DNA from: a candidate division WOR-3 bacterium
Lineage (GTDB): Bacteria > Hydrothermota > Tepidihabitantia > Tepidihabitantales > Tepidihabitantaceae
Direction of reading: 5' to 3'
Length of the DNA stretch: 16,830 nucleotides
NCBI GenBank assembly: GCA_039801225.1
Contig: JBDRUH010000031.1
Coordinates: 1-16,830 of the forward strand
The notes below the pieces were generated by a model, which ran no database searches, was not told the origin of the DNA, and saw nothing but the letters and a program-made list of their open reading frames with translations. A program made the translations under genes and the position numbers. Positions 6,646-16,394 of this stretch are shown one piece after another. Position 1 is the first letter of the stretch; each line of letters opens with the position of its first letter.

Positions 6646-8079
6646 GTGTGCGGCGTTTTAGGACTTTTCTATTCTGATAAGCCGGTTGCTGGCGACCTGG
6701 TTGAAGGTCTTCTGGCGCTTCAACATCGGGGTCAGGACTCGGCAGGAATCCTTACCTCTGATGTTGTTTTCCATCTGAAAAAGGGTATCGGCACGGTCAG
6801 CCGGGTATTTAATGAAAAGAACCTTGCCCGACTTACCGGTTCTATCGGCATTGCCCATGTCCGTTATCCGACAATCGGTCCGGGCTCAAGCGAAGACGCC
6901 CAGCCCTTTTATGTCAACCATCCTTATGGCATCGGAATGGTCCACAATGGCAATGTCACCAATTACTTCGCTCTGCGCCGGGAACTTCAGGAGCGCGACC
7001 TGCGCCAGCTCTATAGTTTTTCTGATGTTGAGCCAATTCTTAACATATTTGCCCAGGAATTGGAGTCGGCAAAGGCAAAACCATTAAAACCAGAACGGGT
7101 GTTTAATGCGGTCAAAGGGGTGTTTAGGCGGGTAAAAGGTGCCTACTCGGTTGTTAGTCTTATCCACCAGCAAGGGCTGGTTGCCTTTCGTGACCCCTCA
7201 GGTATCAGACCGCTAATTCTGGGCAGACGGGAAAAAGATTTTGCCATCGCCTCGGAGAGTGTTGCCCTTGATATTCTCGGGTTTGAGGAGACCCGCGACA
7301 TCCTGCCCGGTGAGGCGGTATTCATTAATTCTCATCGGCGACTCCATTGCGCTTTGGTAAAAAAAGGCACCCTGCACACCTGTATATTTGAATATGTCTA
7401 TTTTGCCCGTCCGGATTCGGTGATTGATGGGATTGAGGTATATCAGGCGCGGCTCAGGTTGGGAGAAAAACTGGCTGAAGGGGTTCGGCGCCAAGGTCTG
7501 CAACCGGACCTGATCATACCGGTCCCCGATACCGCCCGTCCTGCCGGCACCGCGCTCGCCCAGTCCTTAAACATTGAGCTCCGCGAAGGGCTAATCAAAA
7601 ACCGCTACATTGCCCGAACATTTATTATGCCCTCCTGGACCAACCGCTCCCTCTCGGTGCGGCAGAAGTTAAACCCGGTCCGGTCCCAGATTCAGGGTAA
7701 AGATGTCCTTTTAGTTGATGACTCAATAGTTCGTGGCACAACCTCAAAGGAGATTGTTCAGATGGTCAGGGACGCCGGTGCCAAAAGAGTATTTCTGGCG
7801 ATCACTGCGCCGCCTTTGCGCCACCCCTGCGTGTATGGCATTGATATGATGACCCGCGGTGAGTTTGTTGCCAAAGGTAGAAGCGAAGAAGAGGTTGCCC
7901 AAATCATCGGCGCCGATGCCCTGGTCTATCAGACCTATCAAGGGTTAATTGAAGCGGTCCAGGGAGAGGAGAAAAACAGGAAATTTTGCACCGCCTGCTT
8001 TACCGGCAAATACCCCACCGGTATCACCCGGCGGGAGCTTGCCTTAATGGAAGCGGAGCGCAAGCGCTGGTTAACTTGA
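6646..8079 (+). CDS. purF: Amidophosphoribosyltransferase (Fe-S cysteine-containing type)
   Basis: N-terminal MCG nucleophile, LQHRGQDSAG, HVRYPT, HNGN, CIFEYVYFARPDS, PRPP loop VDDSIVRGTT, PCVYGIDM and CTACFTGKYP. Confidence 0.97.
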   Translation: MCGVLGLFYSDKPVAGDLVEGLLALQHRGQDSAGILTSDVVFHLKKGIGTVSRVFNEKNLARLTGSIGIAHVRYPTIGPGSSEDAQPFYVNHPYGIGMVHNGNVTNYFALRRELQERDLRQLYSFSDVEPILNIFAQELESAKAKPLKPERVFNAVKGVFRRVKGAYSVVSLIHQQGLVAFRDPSGIRPLILGRREKDFAIASESVALDILGFEETRDILPGEAVFINSHRRLHCALVKKGTLHTCIFEYVYFARPDSVIDGIEVYQARLRLGEKLAEGVRRQGLQPDLIIPVPDTARPAGTALAQSLNIELREGLIKNRYIARTFIMPSWTNRSLSVRQKLNPVRSQIQGKDVLLVDDSIVRGTTSKEIVQMVRDAGAKRVFLAITAPPLRHPCVYGIDMMTRGEFVAKGRSEEEVAQIIGADALVYQTYQGLIEAVQGEEKNRKFCTACFTGKYPTGITRRELALMEAERKRWLT

Positions 8080-8106
8080 GCAGTCGGTGAGGGGAGGTAG
8101 TTCGCT

Positions 8107-8670
8107 ATGAAGGTGTTAACTATTTCCGGAGTTCAGGTTGAGTGCGTGCGGGGCGATATTGCCCAGCAGAAGGACATTGTTGCGGTAGTAAATGCGGCAA
8201 ACGCCTGGCTCAGACCGGGCGGCGGCGTGGCAGGCGCAATTCATCGCGCCGCTGGTCCGGGGTTGGCAGAAGAGTGTAAACCTCTGGCGCCAATTAAGCC
8301 GGGCGAGGCGGTGATAACTTCAGGGTATAATCTACCCAATAAATATGTGATTCACTGTCTTGGTCCGGTTTATGGGATTGACAAACCCGAGGCGGAAATT
8401 CTTTCCCGCTGTTATGAAAATGCCTTGCAACTGGCGGAGAAACATCAGATAGCATCAATTGCCTTCCCGGCGATTTCCACCGGCGTGTTTGGCTATCCGG
8501 TGGAAGAGGCGGCTGAGGTGGCGTTTCGGACGATTCTTAAGGCGATTCCCCGGCTGAAATATCTCAAAAGGATAAGATTTGTCCTTTATAGCCCAGAGGA
8601 TTTAAAAGTGCATGAACGGGTGTTAACCCGGTTGGTAGAAGGAATGGCTCCGGCAGGTGGGGTTCTTTAA
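8107..8670 (+). CDS. Macrodomain protein (O-acetyl-ADP-ribose deacetylase, YmdB/MacroD-like)
   Basis: GDI, AVVNAAN, GGGVAGAIHRAAG, VIHCLGPVY, SIAFPAISTGVFGYP; SD GGAGGT upstream. Confidence 0.93.
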   Translation: MKVLTISGVQVECVRGDIAQQKDIVAVVNAANAWLRPGGGVAGAIHRAAGPGLAEECKPLAPIKPGEAVITSGYNLPNKYVIHCLGPVYGIDKPEAEILSRCYENALQLAEKHQIASIAFPAISTGVFGYPVEEAAEVAFRTILKAIPRLKYLKRIRFVLYSPEDLKVHERVLTRLVEGMAPAGGVL

Positions 8671-8684
8671 CCTGCCGGAGCCAT
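8644..8684. terminator. 15-bp perfect stem-loop at the convergent gene junction
   Basis: atggctccggcaggt (8644-8658) pairs with acctgccggagccat (8670-8684) around an 11-nt loop. It lacks a U-tract, so the terminator role is inferred from position. Confidence 0.55.
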
Positions 8685-8724
8685 CGCAATTCGCAAAGGC
8701 GTGGGTTAGCAGGCAAAAGGCGAT

Positions 8725-9867
8725 TTAAGGATTGAATGTGGTAACAAACTCCTGTCCGGTTTCGGTGTAACGGATAATTGAGGCGCGCTTTATCGGGTTG
8801 CCCAACTCATCAAAGGAGATATTGCCGGAGACGCAGGGGTAGTCTTTAATCTCACTTAAGGCAGAACGAATCTCATCCGGCTTACCCTGCGGCGCATTTT
8901 TGAGTGCGGCAATTAATAAGAGCGCCGCATCATAACCTAAGGTGGCAAGCGCATCCGGTTTATCACCATACTTGGCTTGATATTTCTTCACCCAGTTCTG
9001 CACCTCAGGTCGCGGGTCGTCCGCCGAGTAATGGTTGACGAAGTAACTGCCGGCGATCTCCTTACCGGCAATCTCCAGCATCGCCGGCGAATCCCAGCCG
9101 TCGCCACCCAAAAACTTGCAGGTCAGCCCGAGTTGATAAGCCTGCTTGACAATCAGTCCAACTTTATTGTAGTAGTCGGGTAGAAACAAGACCTCCGGCT
9201 GCTCCCGTTTTACCTTGGTTAACAGGGCAGAGAAGTCAACATCGTCCTTCTGGTAGGACTCAAACGCCACCACCTTGCCACCCGCCTGCTCAAAGAAGCG
9301 CTTGAAGAAATCGGCCAGTCCGCGGGAGTAGTCGTTCCCAACATCAAACATCACCGCCGCCGTCTTTGCCTTGAGCGTTTCCGCAGCAAACCTTGCCGCC
9401 ACCAAACCCTGAAAGGCGTCGGTGAAGCAGGCGCGGAAGATATACTCCTTGTGCTTACCATCATCGGTTACCGTAACCTTGGGATTGGTTGATGATGGGG
9501 TAATCATCGGAATGCGTGCCACCTGACACTTGTCGGCCAGCGGTAAGGAGCATTTGGTAGATACCGAGCCGATGATCGCCACAACCCCATCCAGTTCTAT
9601 TAACTTGCCGCCGGCATTCGCCGCCTCGGTCGGGTCGTTTTTATCGTCGGAGATGAACAGTTTTATCTGCTTGCCGTTGACGCCACCGGCACGGTTTACC
9701 TCTTCAACCGCCAGCATTATACCGTTAACCGTTGACTCACCAAATGTTTTGACATCACCGGTTAACGGGGCGATTACCCCTATTTTGATGACATTGCTCG
9801 GACCGCAGGCGATAACCCCAAGTCCGAGCGCTAAGCCGAGAACTAAGAGCGTTTGTTTTAACCGCAT
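8725..9867 (-). CDS. Branched-chain amino acid ABC transporter substrate-binding lipoprotein (LivK/LivJ family)
   Basis: Lipobox LGVIAC, IKIGVIAPLTG, AVEEVNRAGGVNGKQI, FRACFTDAFQG, DFSALLTKVK, GGDGWDS and LGYDA; SD AAGGAGG. Confidence 0.92.
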   Translation of the reverse strand: MRLKQTLLVLGLALGLGVIACGPSNVIKIGVIAPLTGDVKTFGESTVNGIMLAVEEVNRAGGVNGKQIKLFISDDKNDPTEAANAGGKLIELDGVVAIIGSVSTKCSLPLADKCQVARIPMITPSSTNPKVTVTDDGKHKEYIFRACFTDAFQGLVAARFAAETLKAKTAAVMFDVGNDYSRGLADFFKRFFEQAGGKVVAFESYQKDDVDFSALLTKVKREQPEVLFLPDYYNKVGLIVKQAYQLGLTCKFLGGDGWDSPAMLEIAGKEIAGSYFVNHYSADDPRPEVQNWVKKYQAKYGDKPDALATLGYDAALLLIAALKNAPQGKPDEIRSALSEIKDYPCVSGNISFDELGNPIKRASIIRYTETGQEFVTTFNP

Positions 9868-9886
9868 TTATCCTCCTTGTTTTATT

Positions 9887-11026
<1,140 letters not shown>

Positions 11027-12016
11027 TTAACCCAAAACCACCCTCTCACCGGGACCGATATTGACCATTTCGCCCTTGCCCCGGACTTCGGCATTTTCGC
11101 CCACAATTCCCTGGCTCACCACCGCCTTTTCTATAACCGCATTCTCGTAGACCAGTGCGTCCGCTACCACCGAATTAATTATCCGGGCACCAGAGGAGAC
11201 CGAGACAAACGGACCGATAATAGAATTTTCAATCACCGCATCCCGTGCAATATGAACTGGAAAGATGAGTAGAGAATGCTCACCGCTTACCGCCACCCCT
11301 TGTCTGCCCAGCGCTTTTAGAAGAGCCCGGTTGGTCTCAATCAGCGCCTGGGGCGTTCCACAGTCATACCAGTTTGCTATTTCTATAGGCTTGATTTTCC
11401 TGCCCGCATCAGCCATAATTTGCAAAGCGTCGGTGAATTGAAACTCATTCTTTACCATTCGCTTTTCTCTTATCAACCGATGCAGTGCGGCAAACACCGG
11501 ACCGGGTTCGGCGAAGAAGTAAACGCCGACAATCGCCAGATTGCTCACCGGCTGAAGCGGTTTTTCAATTACCTCTCTGACAAATCCATCCTGTAATTTC
11601 ACCACACCAAACCGCCGAGGGTCGGCAACCTCCTTGACGCCGATGGCACTCTCCTCATTTAACAGTGCCTTCAGGTCAACATCAAGAATCGTATCCCCTA
11701 AGAGGACAAGCATCGGTAAATTCCTTATCGCCGCCTCGGCACAGAGAACCGCATCGGCCAGCCCTTTGGGAAGAGGTTGAACCACAAACTCAAAGTTCAG
11801 AGAAAAGTTCGCCTGAAGGTAATCCTTTATTGTCCGGTCGTGCGGCGGCACCACCACGCAGATTACCTCCGGTTTCAGTTCTTTCAGCCGGTCAACAATA
11901 TGACCGATGATCGGTTTTCCTGCCACCTCAAGCATCACCTTCGGTCGGACTAAGGTGTGCGGGCGCAACCGCTGACCCTCACCCGCCGCCGGAATCACTA
12001 TCCCTAAATGGCTCAC
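11027..12016 (-). CDS. Sugar-phosphate nucleotidyltransferase (long-form glucose-1-phosphate thymidylyltransferase-like, with C-terminal beta-helix)
   Basis: IPAAGEGQRLRPHT...PKVML, GLADAV, LGD, FGVV, IEKP, FTDAL, WYDCGTP and hexapeptide repeats (IENSIIGPFVSV). Confidence 0.88.
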   Translation of the reverse strand: MSHLGIVIPAAGEGQRLRPHTLVRPKVMLEVAGKPIIGHIVDRLKELKPEVICVVVPPHDRTIKDYLQANFSLNFEFVVQPLPKGLADAVLCAEAAIRNLPMLVLLGDTILDVDLKALLNEESAIGVKEVADPRRFGVVKLQDGFVREVIEKPLQPVSNLAIVGVYFFAEPGPVFAALHRLIREKRMVKNEFQFTDALQIMADAGRKIKPIEIANWYDCGTPQALIETNRALLKALGRQGVAVSGEHSLLIFPVHIARDAVIENSIIGPFVSVSSGARIINSVVADALVYENAVIEKAVVSQGIVGENAEVRGKGEMVNIGPGERVVLG

Positions 12017-13029
12017 TTTCTCTCCTTCAACATCTTTTTTAACTCATCAATTCGGGGAATCGCCATCGGGTCAACTGAACGCCTTTTTGCCAGGGCGACA
12101 CTTAATAAGTCGCCGATGGCGATAATAGAAAATAGGCGGGTTAATGGGAGTTGACCTTCGCCTTTTATTAGTATCATATTCGGGCAATCATTTTGGATGA
12201 GTCTTTTAGTGTAGCGGAGGCGGAAAATAGTCCGGACCGGGGTATCCCGGTCAACGAGCACAACAAGAACCATCCGACCGCTGAGAAACTCTGGCGCGCC
12301 AAAGCCCATAATCTCATTGTGGTTCTGTTCGGGCAGACAGGCGGTATGGCATAGCACCTTGGCATTCTCATTCAACTGGGTGCACCAGCGATAAGCGGCG
12401 ACATCCAAGAGCCTTGTGGTTGAATATACTATCGGTAACATTCCCAAGAGTTTAGCACTTAATGCTGTTGACATTTTCTGCCACCGCCTCATCCGCCGCC
12501 GCAACAGACCACTGGTCTTTAAAACATCCTTTTGGTAGTTCCGGCATAAACCAACCCGATAGAGAATGGCAAGAATGGGAATGCTCAAAAAACCGATCGC
12601 AGCCCGGGGCGGCATTCCTCCCGGCACCTTCACCGGGCAAAAACCGTCCTTTTGGGACATCCTTTCCAGGGTTCCGCCGCTGGTAATGGGGACAATCTGG
12701 CAACCCCGATGTCTTGCCTCCTGGTAGGCGCTCAGCGTCTCCTCGGTCTCACCGGAGTAACTGATGGCGAAGAAAAGTGTATCTTTTGTGACGATGCCCG
12801 GGATTTTATAATCCCGCCAAGTTATAACCGGAATAGGGCTTTCCATTAAGAAGAGGGCGCGGACGATGTCGCCACCAATCGCCGAACCGCCCATACCGGC
12901 AACTACCACATTATTAAATCCCCGGCGCGGGAAAATCGGACAATCAAACCCTATTCGCCAGCCTTCTACCAACTGTTCGGGCAGACTCAGGATTAAATCC
13001 CGCATCCGCTCTTTCTTATTATTATTCAC
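12013..13029 (-). CDS. Bifunctional phosphoglucose/phosphomannose isomerase (SIS family)
   Basis: AGMGGSAIGGD, ISYSGETEETL, ITSGG, PPRAA, RWCTQLNENAK, PEQNHNEI and VDPMAIPRIDELK. Confidence 0.92.
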   Translation of the reverse strand: MNNNKKERMRDLILSLPEQLVEGWRIGFDCPIFPRRGFNNVVVAGMGGSAIGGDIVRALFLMESPIPVITWRDYKIPGIVTKDTLFFAISYSGETEETLSAYQEARHRGCQIVPITSGGTLERMSQKDGFCPVKVPGGMPPRAAIGFLSIPILAILYRVGLCRNYQKDVLKTSGLLRRRMRRWQKMSTALSAKLLGMLPIVYSTTRLLDVAAYRWCTQLNENAKVLCHTACLPEQNHNEIMGFGAPEFLSGRMVLVVLVDRDTPVRTIFRLRYTKRLIQNDCPNMILIKGEGQLPLTRLFSIIAIGDLLSVALAKRRSVDPMAIPRIDELKKMLKERK

Positions 13030-14803
13030 CGCTTGCCCCCCTTATGGTAAATAAGGAACGCTCCAGTTTGGGGAATCGGCGGTGAACTTCCCGATGCAAG
13101 AACCTTTCCACCTCTAAGGCGGTAGAAAGTTCCAAAAGTTTTGCCACCACTTCTGCCGCCACGCCGGTATCAATTGACCGAATCACGCTCTTCGCTTCGG
13201 GAATCATTCCGGGCACCACCGAAATCTCATCCACCCCCATTCCCAAAAGAATGACAATTCCCAAGGGGTTGGCAGCAAACTCCCCACACATCCCGACCCA
13301 GATGCCCATCTGGTGCGCGGCATCAACGGTCCGTTTAATCAAATGCAAAACCGCGGGATGAAAGTGGTCAAACAGTTTTGCCACCCGCTCATTACCCCGG
13401 TCAACCGCCAAGGTATACTGGGTCAGGTCATTTGAGCCGATGGATAAAAACCGCGCCTCCCGGGCGAGTTGATGGGCTAAGAGCGCTGCCGAAGGTATTT
13501 CCACCATCACCCCAACCTCAAAATTCTCGTCAAACCTTTTACCATCCCGTTTCAGTTCCTTTTTCGTCTCCTCTACCAAAAGTTTTGCCCGCCGCACCTC
13601 CTCAACTGTCGCCACCATCGGAAACATCACCTTGACATTTCCGAAAGCCGATGCCCGGAGAATTGCCCGCAACTGCGACTTAAACAGAGCCAGGTCGTCA
13701 AAGCACAACCGGATTGCCCGCCAGCCTAAAAACGGGTTCGCCTCAGAATATCCCGGAATCACCTTATCACCGCCCAGGTCAAATGTCCGGATTATCACCG
13801 GATAGGGCTTAAAAAGTTCTGCCACCTCCCGAAAAATCTCAAACTGCTCCTCCTCGGTGGGTGGACGCCGTTTTGCCAAATAGAGATATTCGGTTCGGAA
13901 CAAACCAATTCCCCGGGCGCCATTCTCCTTAGCCAACCTTGCCTCCATCAGAAACTCAATATTGGCGGAAAGGTCAAGCATCTTACCATCCAGGGTAACC
14001 GGCTCCTCTTCAACCAGCGCTTTCAGTGAAGCCCGATGCTCGCGGTATCTTTTAATTTCGCTTTCATAGGTCCGGAGTCGGCTCGGCGTGGGATTGAGAA
14101 TGGCAAGACCCCGGTAGCCATCAACAAACAACTCCTCCTCGCCGTTCAGTTCGCGGAGAATCGCCTCCACCCCGACCACCGCCGGAATCTCCTTTGCCTT
14201 AGCCATAATTGCCGTGTGAGAAGTCTTCCCCCCCGCCTCTAAGACGACACCAGCCACCTTTGCCGGGTCAAGCAGCGCCGCTTCGGACGGCGGCAACTCA
14301 TGGGCGACTATCACCGAACCCGGTGCCAAGGTATGAATTGAAGGCAGGTCCTCTTCTAAAAGAATGCTTATTACCCGGCTTGACACATCAGCAATATCAA
14401 CAATTCGTTCCTGGAAAAAAGAGACGCCCGACCGGCTCATTGGCTTGGCAATCTGCTTGAGAACCTGAGTATAGGCGAACTCGGCGTTGCGCAGTTTTTC
14501 TTTAATAAACGCCTCGGTAGCCCGGATGACCTCCTCATCCCGCAGTAAAGTCAACTGGAGTTCAATAAAGTCAGCAAAATCCCTACCCATTGTCTGTTTG
14601 ACCTGGAGGTGCAACCTCTTTAGATCATTTTCTGCCCCTTGAACCGCTCTTCGGAAACGTTTTAATTCCTCCGCGACCGTCTCCGGTTTAATGGGAAGTT
14701 CCTCCACCTCCGGCAGATAGCGCTGATAAAGAAACACTTTACCCCGGGCAAACCCTGGTGAGACAGGGATGCCGTGAAAGATTTTTTCCCTTTTACGCCT
14801 CAT
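13022..14803 (-). CDS. ptsI: Phosphoenolpyruvate-protein phosphotransferase (PTS enzyme I)
   Basis: GIPVSPG, phospho-His motif GGKTSHTAIMAK, GIGLFRTEYL, IRTFDLGGDK, EANPFLGWRAIR, MVEIP, SIGSNDLTQY and GMCGE. Confidence 0.97.
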   Translation of the reverse strand: MRRKREKIFHGIPVSPGFARGKVFLYQRYLPEVEELPIKPETVAEELKRFRRAVQGAENDLKRLHLQVKQTMGRDFADFIELQLTLLRDEEVIRATEAFIKEKLRNAEFAYTQVLKQIAKPMSRSGVSFFQERIVDIADVSSRVISILLEEDLPSIHTLAPGSVIVAHELPPSEAALLDPAKVAGVVLEAGGKTSHTAIMAKAKEIPAVVGVEAILRELNGEEELFVDGYRGLAILNPTPSRLRTYESEIKRYREHRASLKALVEEEPVTLDGKMLDLSANIEFLMEARLAKENGARGIGLFRTEYLYLAKRRPPTEEEQFEIFREVAELFKPYPVIIRTFDLGGDKVIPGYSEANPFLGWRAIRLCFDDLALFKSQLRAILRASAFGNVKVMFPMVATVEEVRRAKLLVEETKKELKRDGKRFDENFEVGVMVEIPSAALLAHQLAREARFLSIGSNDLTQYTLAVDRGNERVAKLFDHFHPAVLHLIKRTVDAAHQMGIWVGMCGEFAANPLGIVILLGMGVDEISVVPGMIPEAKSVIRSIDTGVAAEVVAKLLELSTALEVERFLHREVHRRFPKLERSLFTIRGASGE

Positions 14804-15053
14804 CCTGGGTCAACTTCTCCTTCAGAACCCGAAACGCCTCCTCCTCATCTGCGCCACTCACCTCTAAGGTAACAACGCTTCCTTTCTCCGCGGCAAGGGA
14901 CAAAATCGCCAAAATACTCTTGCCATTAACCCAGATGCCATCCTTTGCCAAACGCACTTTAGACTTAAACCGCTCGGCTAAGCGGACAAACTCGGCTGCG
15001 GGGCGGGCGTGGAGACCAACCGGACCGCCAATTATCAATTCCTCTTTAACCAT
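14793..15053 (-). CDS. ptsH: Phosphocarrier protein HPr
   Basis: GLHARPA (His15) and NGKSILAILSL (Ser46 motif). Start at ATG 15053 (MVKEELII) gives a typical 86 aa. Confidence 0.95.
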   Translation of the reverse strand: MVKEELIIGGPVGLHARPAAEFVRLAERFKSKVRLAKDGIWVNGKSILAILSLAAEKGSVVTLEVSGADEEEAFRVLKEKLTQDEA

Positions 15054-15603
15054 CCCATTTCCGCTGTCGGCTGTCGCCCGGAATCGCACAGAATCGTGCC
15101 CGCTTTCGGGGGCGCCCGATTTGGGCGGCTTTCACCTGCCGGAGTTTAACCTTCGCCTCTTTTATAAATTTCCGGGCAAAATCATCCGGATAATCATCAG
15201 CGATGACAAACTCCTTGATTCCGGCATTTATTAACATTTTCGCGCAGGTAATGCAGGGCGCGTGGGTGCAGTACAGGGTTGCTCCAGAAACACCGATACC
15301 AAAAGTCGCCGCCTGAACCAGAGTGTTTTGCTCGGCGTGGATGCCCCGGCATATCTCTATCCTTTCGCCCGCCGGTATCTTCAACCTCTCGCGCAAACAG
15401 CCAACCCGCTCGCAGTGTGCCATATTGTGGGGAACGCCATTGTAGCCGGTGCAAAGAATCCTTTTTTCCCGGACCAGAACCGCGCCCACCCGCCGCCTGA
15501 GACAGGTGGAACGTTCTGCCACCAGCCGGGCGATGTCAAGAAAATATTCATCCCACCCTTTCCGCCTTTTCCCTTTTCCTTTTTCGCTTTTATTTTTTAG
15601 CAT
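15046..15603 (-). CDS. dCMP deaminase / ComEB-family cytidine-deoxycytidylate deaminase
   Basis: WDEYFL, RSTCLRRRVGAV, TGYNG, zinc motifs HAEQN and PCITC. Probable start is ATG 15603, overlapping the end of the upstream gene; the ORF-track extension to 15756 overlaps the lipoprotein CDS. Confidence 0.92.
   Translation of the reverse strand: MLKNKSEKGKGKRRKGWDEYFLDIARLVAERSTCLRRRVGAVLVREKRILCTGYNGVPHNMAHCERVGCLRERLKIPAGERIEICRGIHAEQNTLVQAATFGIGVSGATLYCTHAPCITCAKMLINAGIKEFVIADDYPDDFARKFIKEAKVKLRQVKAAQIGRPRKRARFCAIPGDSRQRKWDG
15087..15113 (+). repeat. Partial third copy of the 51-bp repeat family
   Basis: cacagaatcgtgcccg (15087-15102) matches 2385-2400 in 16/16 positions and is followed by a variant hairpin gcccgc-tttc-gggggc. 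Confidence 0.7.
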
Positions 15604-16267
15604 TAAACTTTGAACTAATAACCCAAACCGTCTCGGGCAAAGACCACTCGGAAACAAATCCCGCCTCATCCCTTGCCCGACAGCGCACCTGATAAATCCG
15701 ACTGACAAAATAGGCGTGCCGTTTAACAACCAGTGTCCCGGGTGGCACAAAACCACTCCATTCGCTTAAGGTATCCTCCCAGTCAAACTGCAGCGAAACC
15801 AATTTATTCAGCGGATGGAGGGCTGAAGAGACAAAAGCCACCGTATCACCAATAAATATGGTGTCTGGTCCTGAAGGTCTGAGCGGCGCAAGCGGTGGAT
15901 AATAACCTATCCTCACCAAGTTTGTGTCTGACCAACCCGACTCCCCCTTTTTATCCTTTGCCTTCACTAAAAGAAAATAACTGCCGGTATCAGCAAATGT
16001 CACCGGGCGAAAATATTCCACCCCAGAGGGCAGCCACTTACTCCATTCCACACTGGTTTCGTTATTCCATTTAAACCAATAAGCGACCGAATCGCCCTCC
16101 TTATCAACCGATATCGCCGAAAATGTCAGTGTGTCATTGGGTCGGCCCCTTTGCGGTCCCGATACAATCGGCACTGACGGTGGCTGGTTCTGGCAACCGG
16201 TAACAAAAAAAGCCAAAACTACCAGCATCCCCGAAACCGGACACACCTTCTTGGTCCAACTGTCCAT
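15590..16267 (-). CDS. Lipoprotein with two tandem PKD/Ig-like modules
   Basis: Start at ATG 16267 gives MDSWTKK...LVVLAFFVTGC (lipobox). Two similar modules of ~95 aa share PP..P...GP, F.W, EWS....G, G/Y..VKAKD/CRARD and S.WS. Confidence 0.8.
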   Translation of the reverse strand: MDSWTKKVCPVSGMLVVLAFFVTGCQNQPPSVPIVSGPQRGRPNDTLTFSAISVDKEGDSVAYWFKWNNETSVEWSKWLPSGVEYFRPVTFADTGSYFLLVKAKDKKGESGWSDTNLVRIGYYPPLAPLRPSGPDTIFIGDTVAFVSSALHPLNKLVSLQFDWEDTLSEWSGFVPPGTLVVKRHAYFVSRIYQVRCRARDEAGFVSEWSLPETVWVISSKFNAKK

Positions 16268-16277
16268 AAACGCTATA

Positions 16278-16305
16278 ATGGTAAAGGAAACTTTCAATAA
16301 GTCAA
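16278..16305 (-). promoter_or_regulatory. Putative promoter of the long minus-strand operon
   Basis: Minus strand TTGACT (16305-16300), 16 nt, TACCAT (16283-16278). ATG 16267 is 10 nt downstream, with no SD. Confidence 0.5.
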
Positions 16306-16352
16306 CGATAGGAAATTCGCAACGGTCCTTTCTGATGATAGCCGCACCATGT

Positions 16353-16394
16353 GTGACCCGTGACCGTGGACGGAGGACGGTTGACGGATGACGG
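16353..16394 (+). repeat. Degenerate 7-mer tandem repeat (NNGACSS x6)
   Basis: gtgaccc gtgaccg tggacgg aggacgg ttgacgg atgacgg; GAC recurs every 7 nt from 16355 to 16390. Confidence 0.85.
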
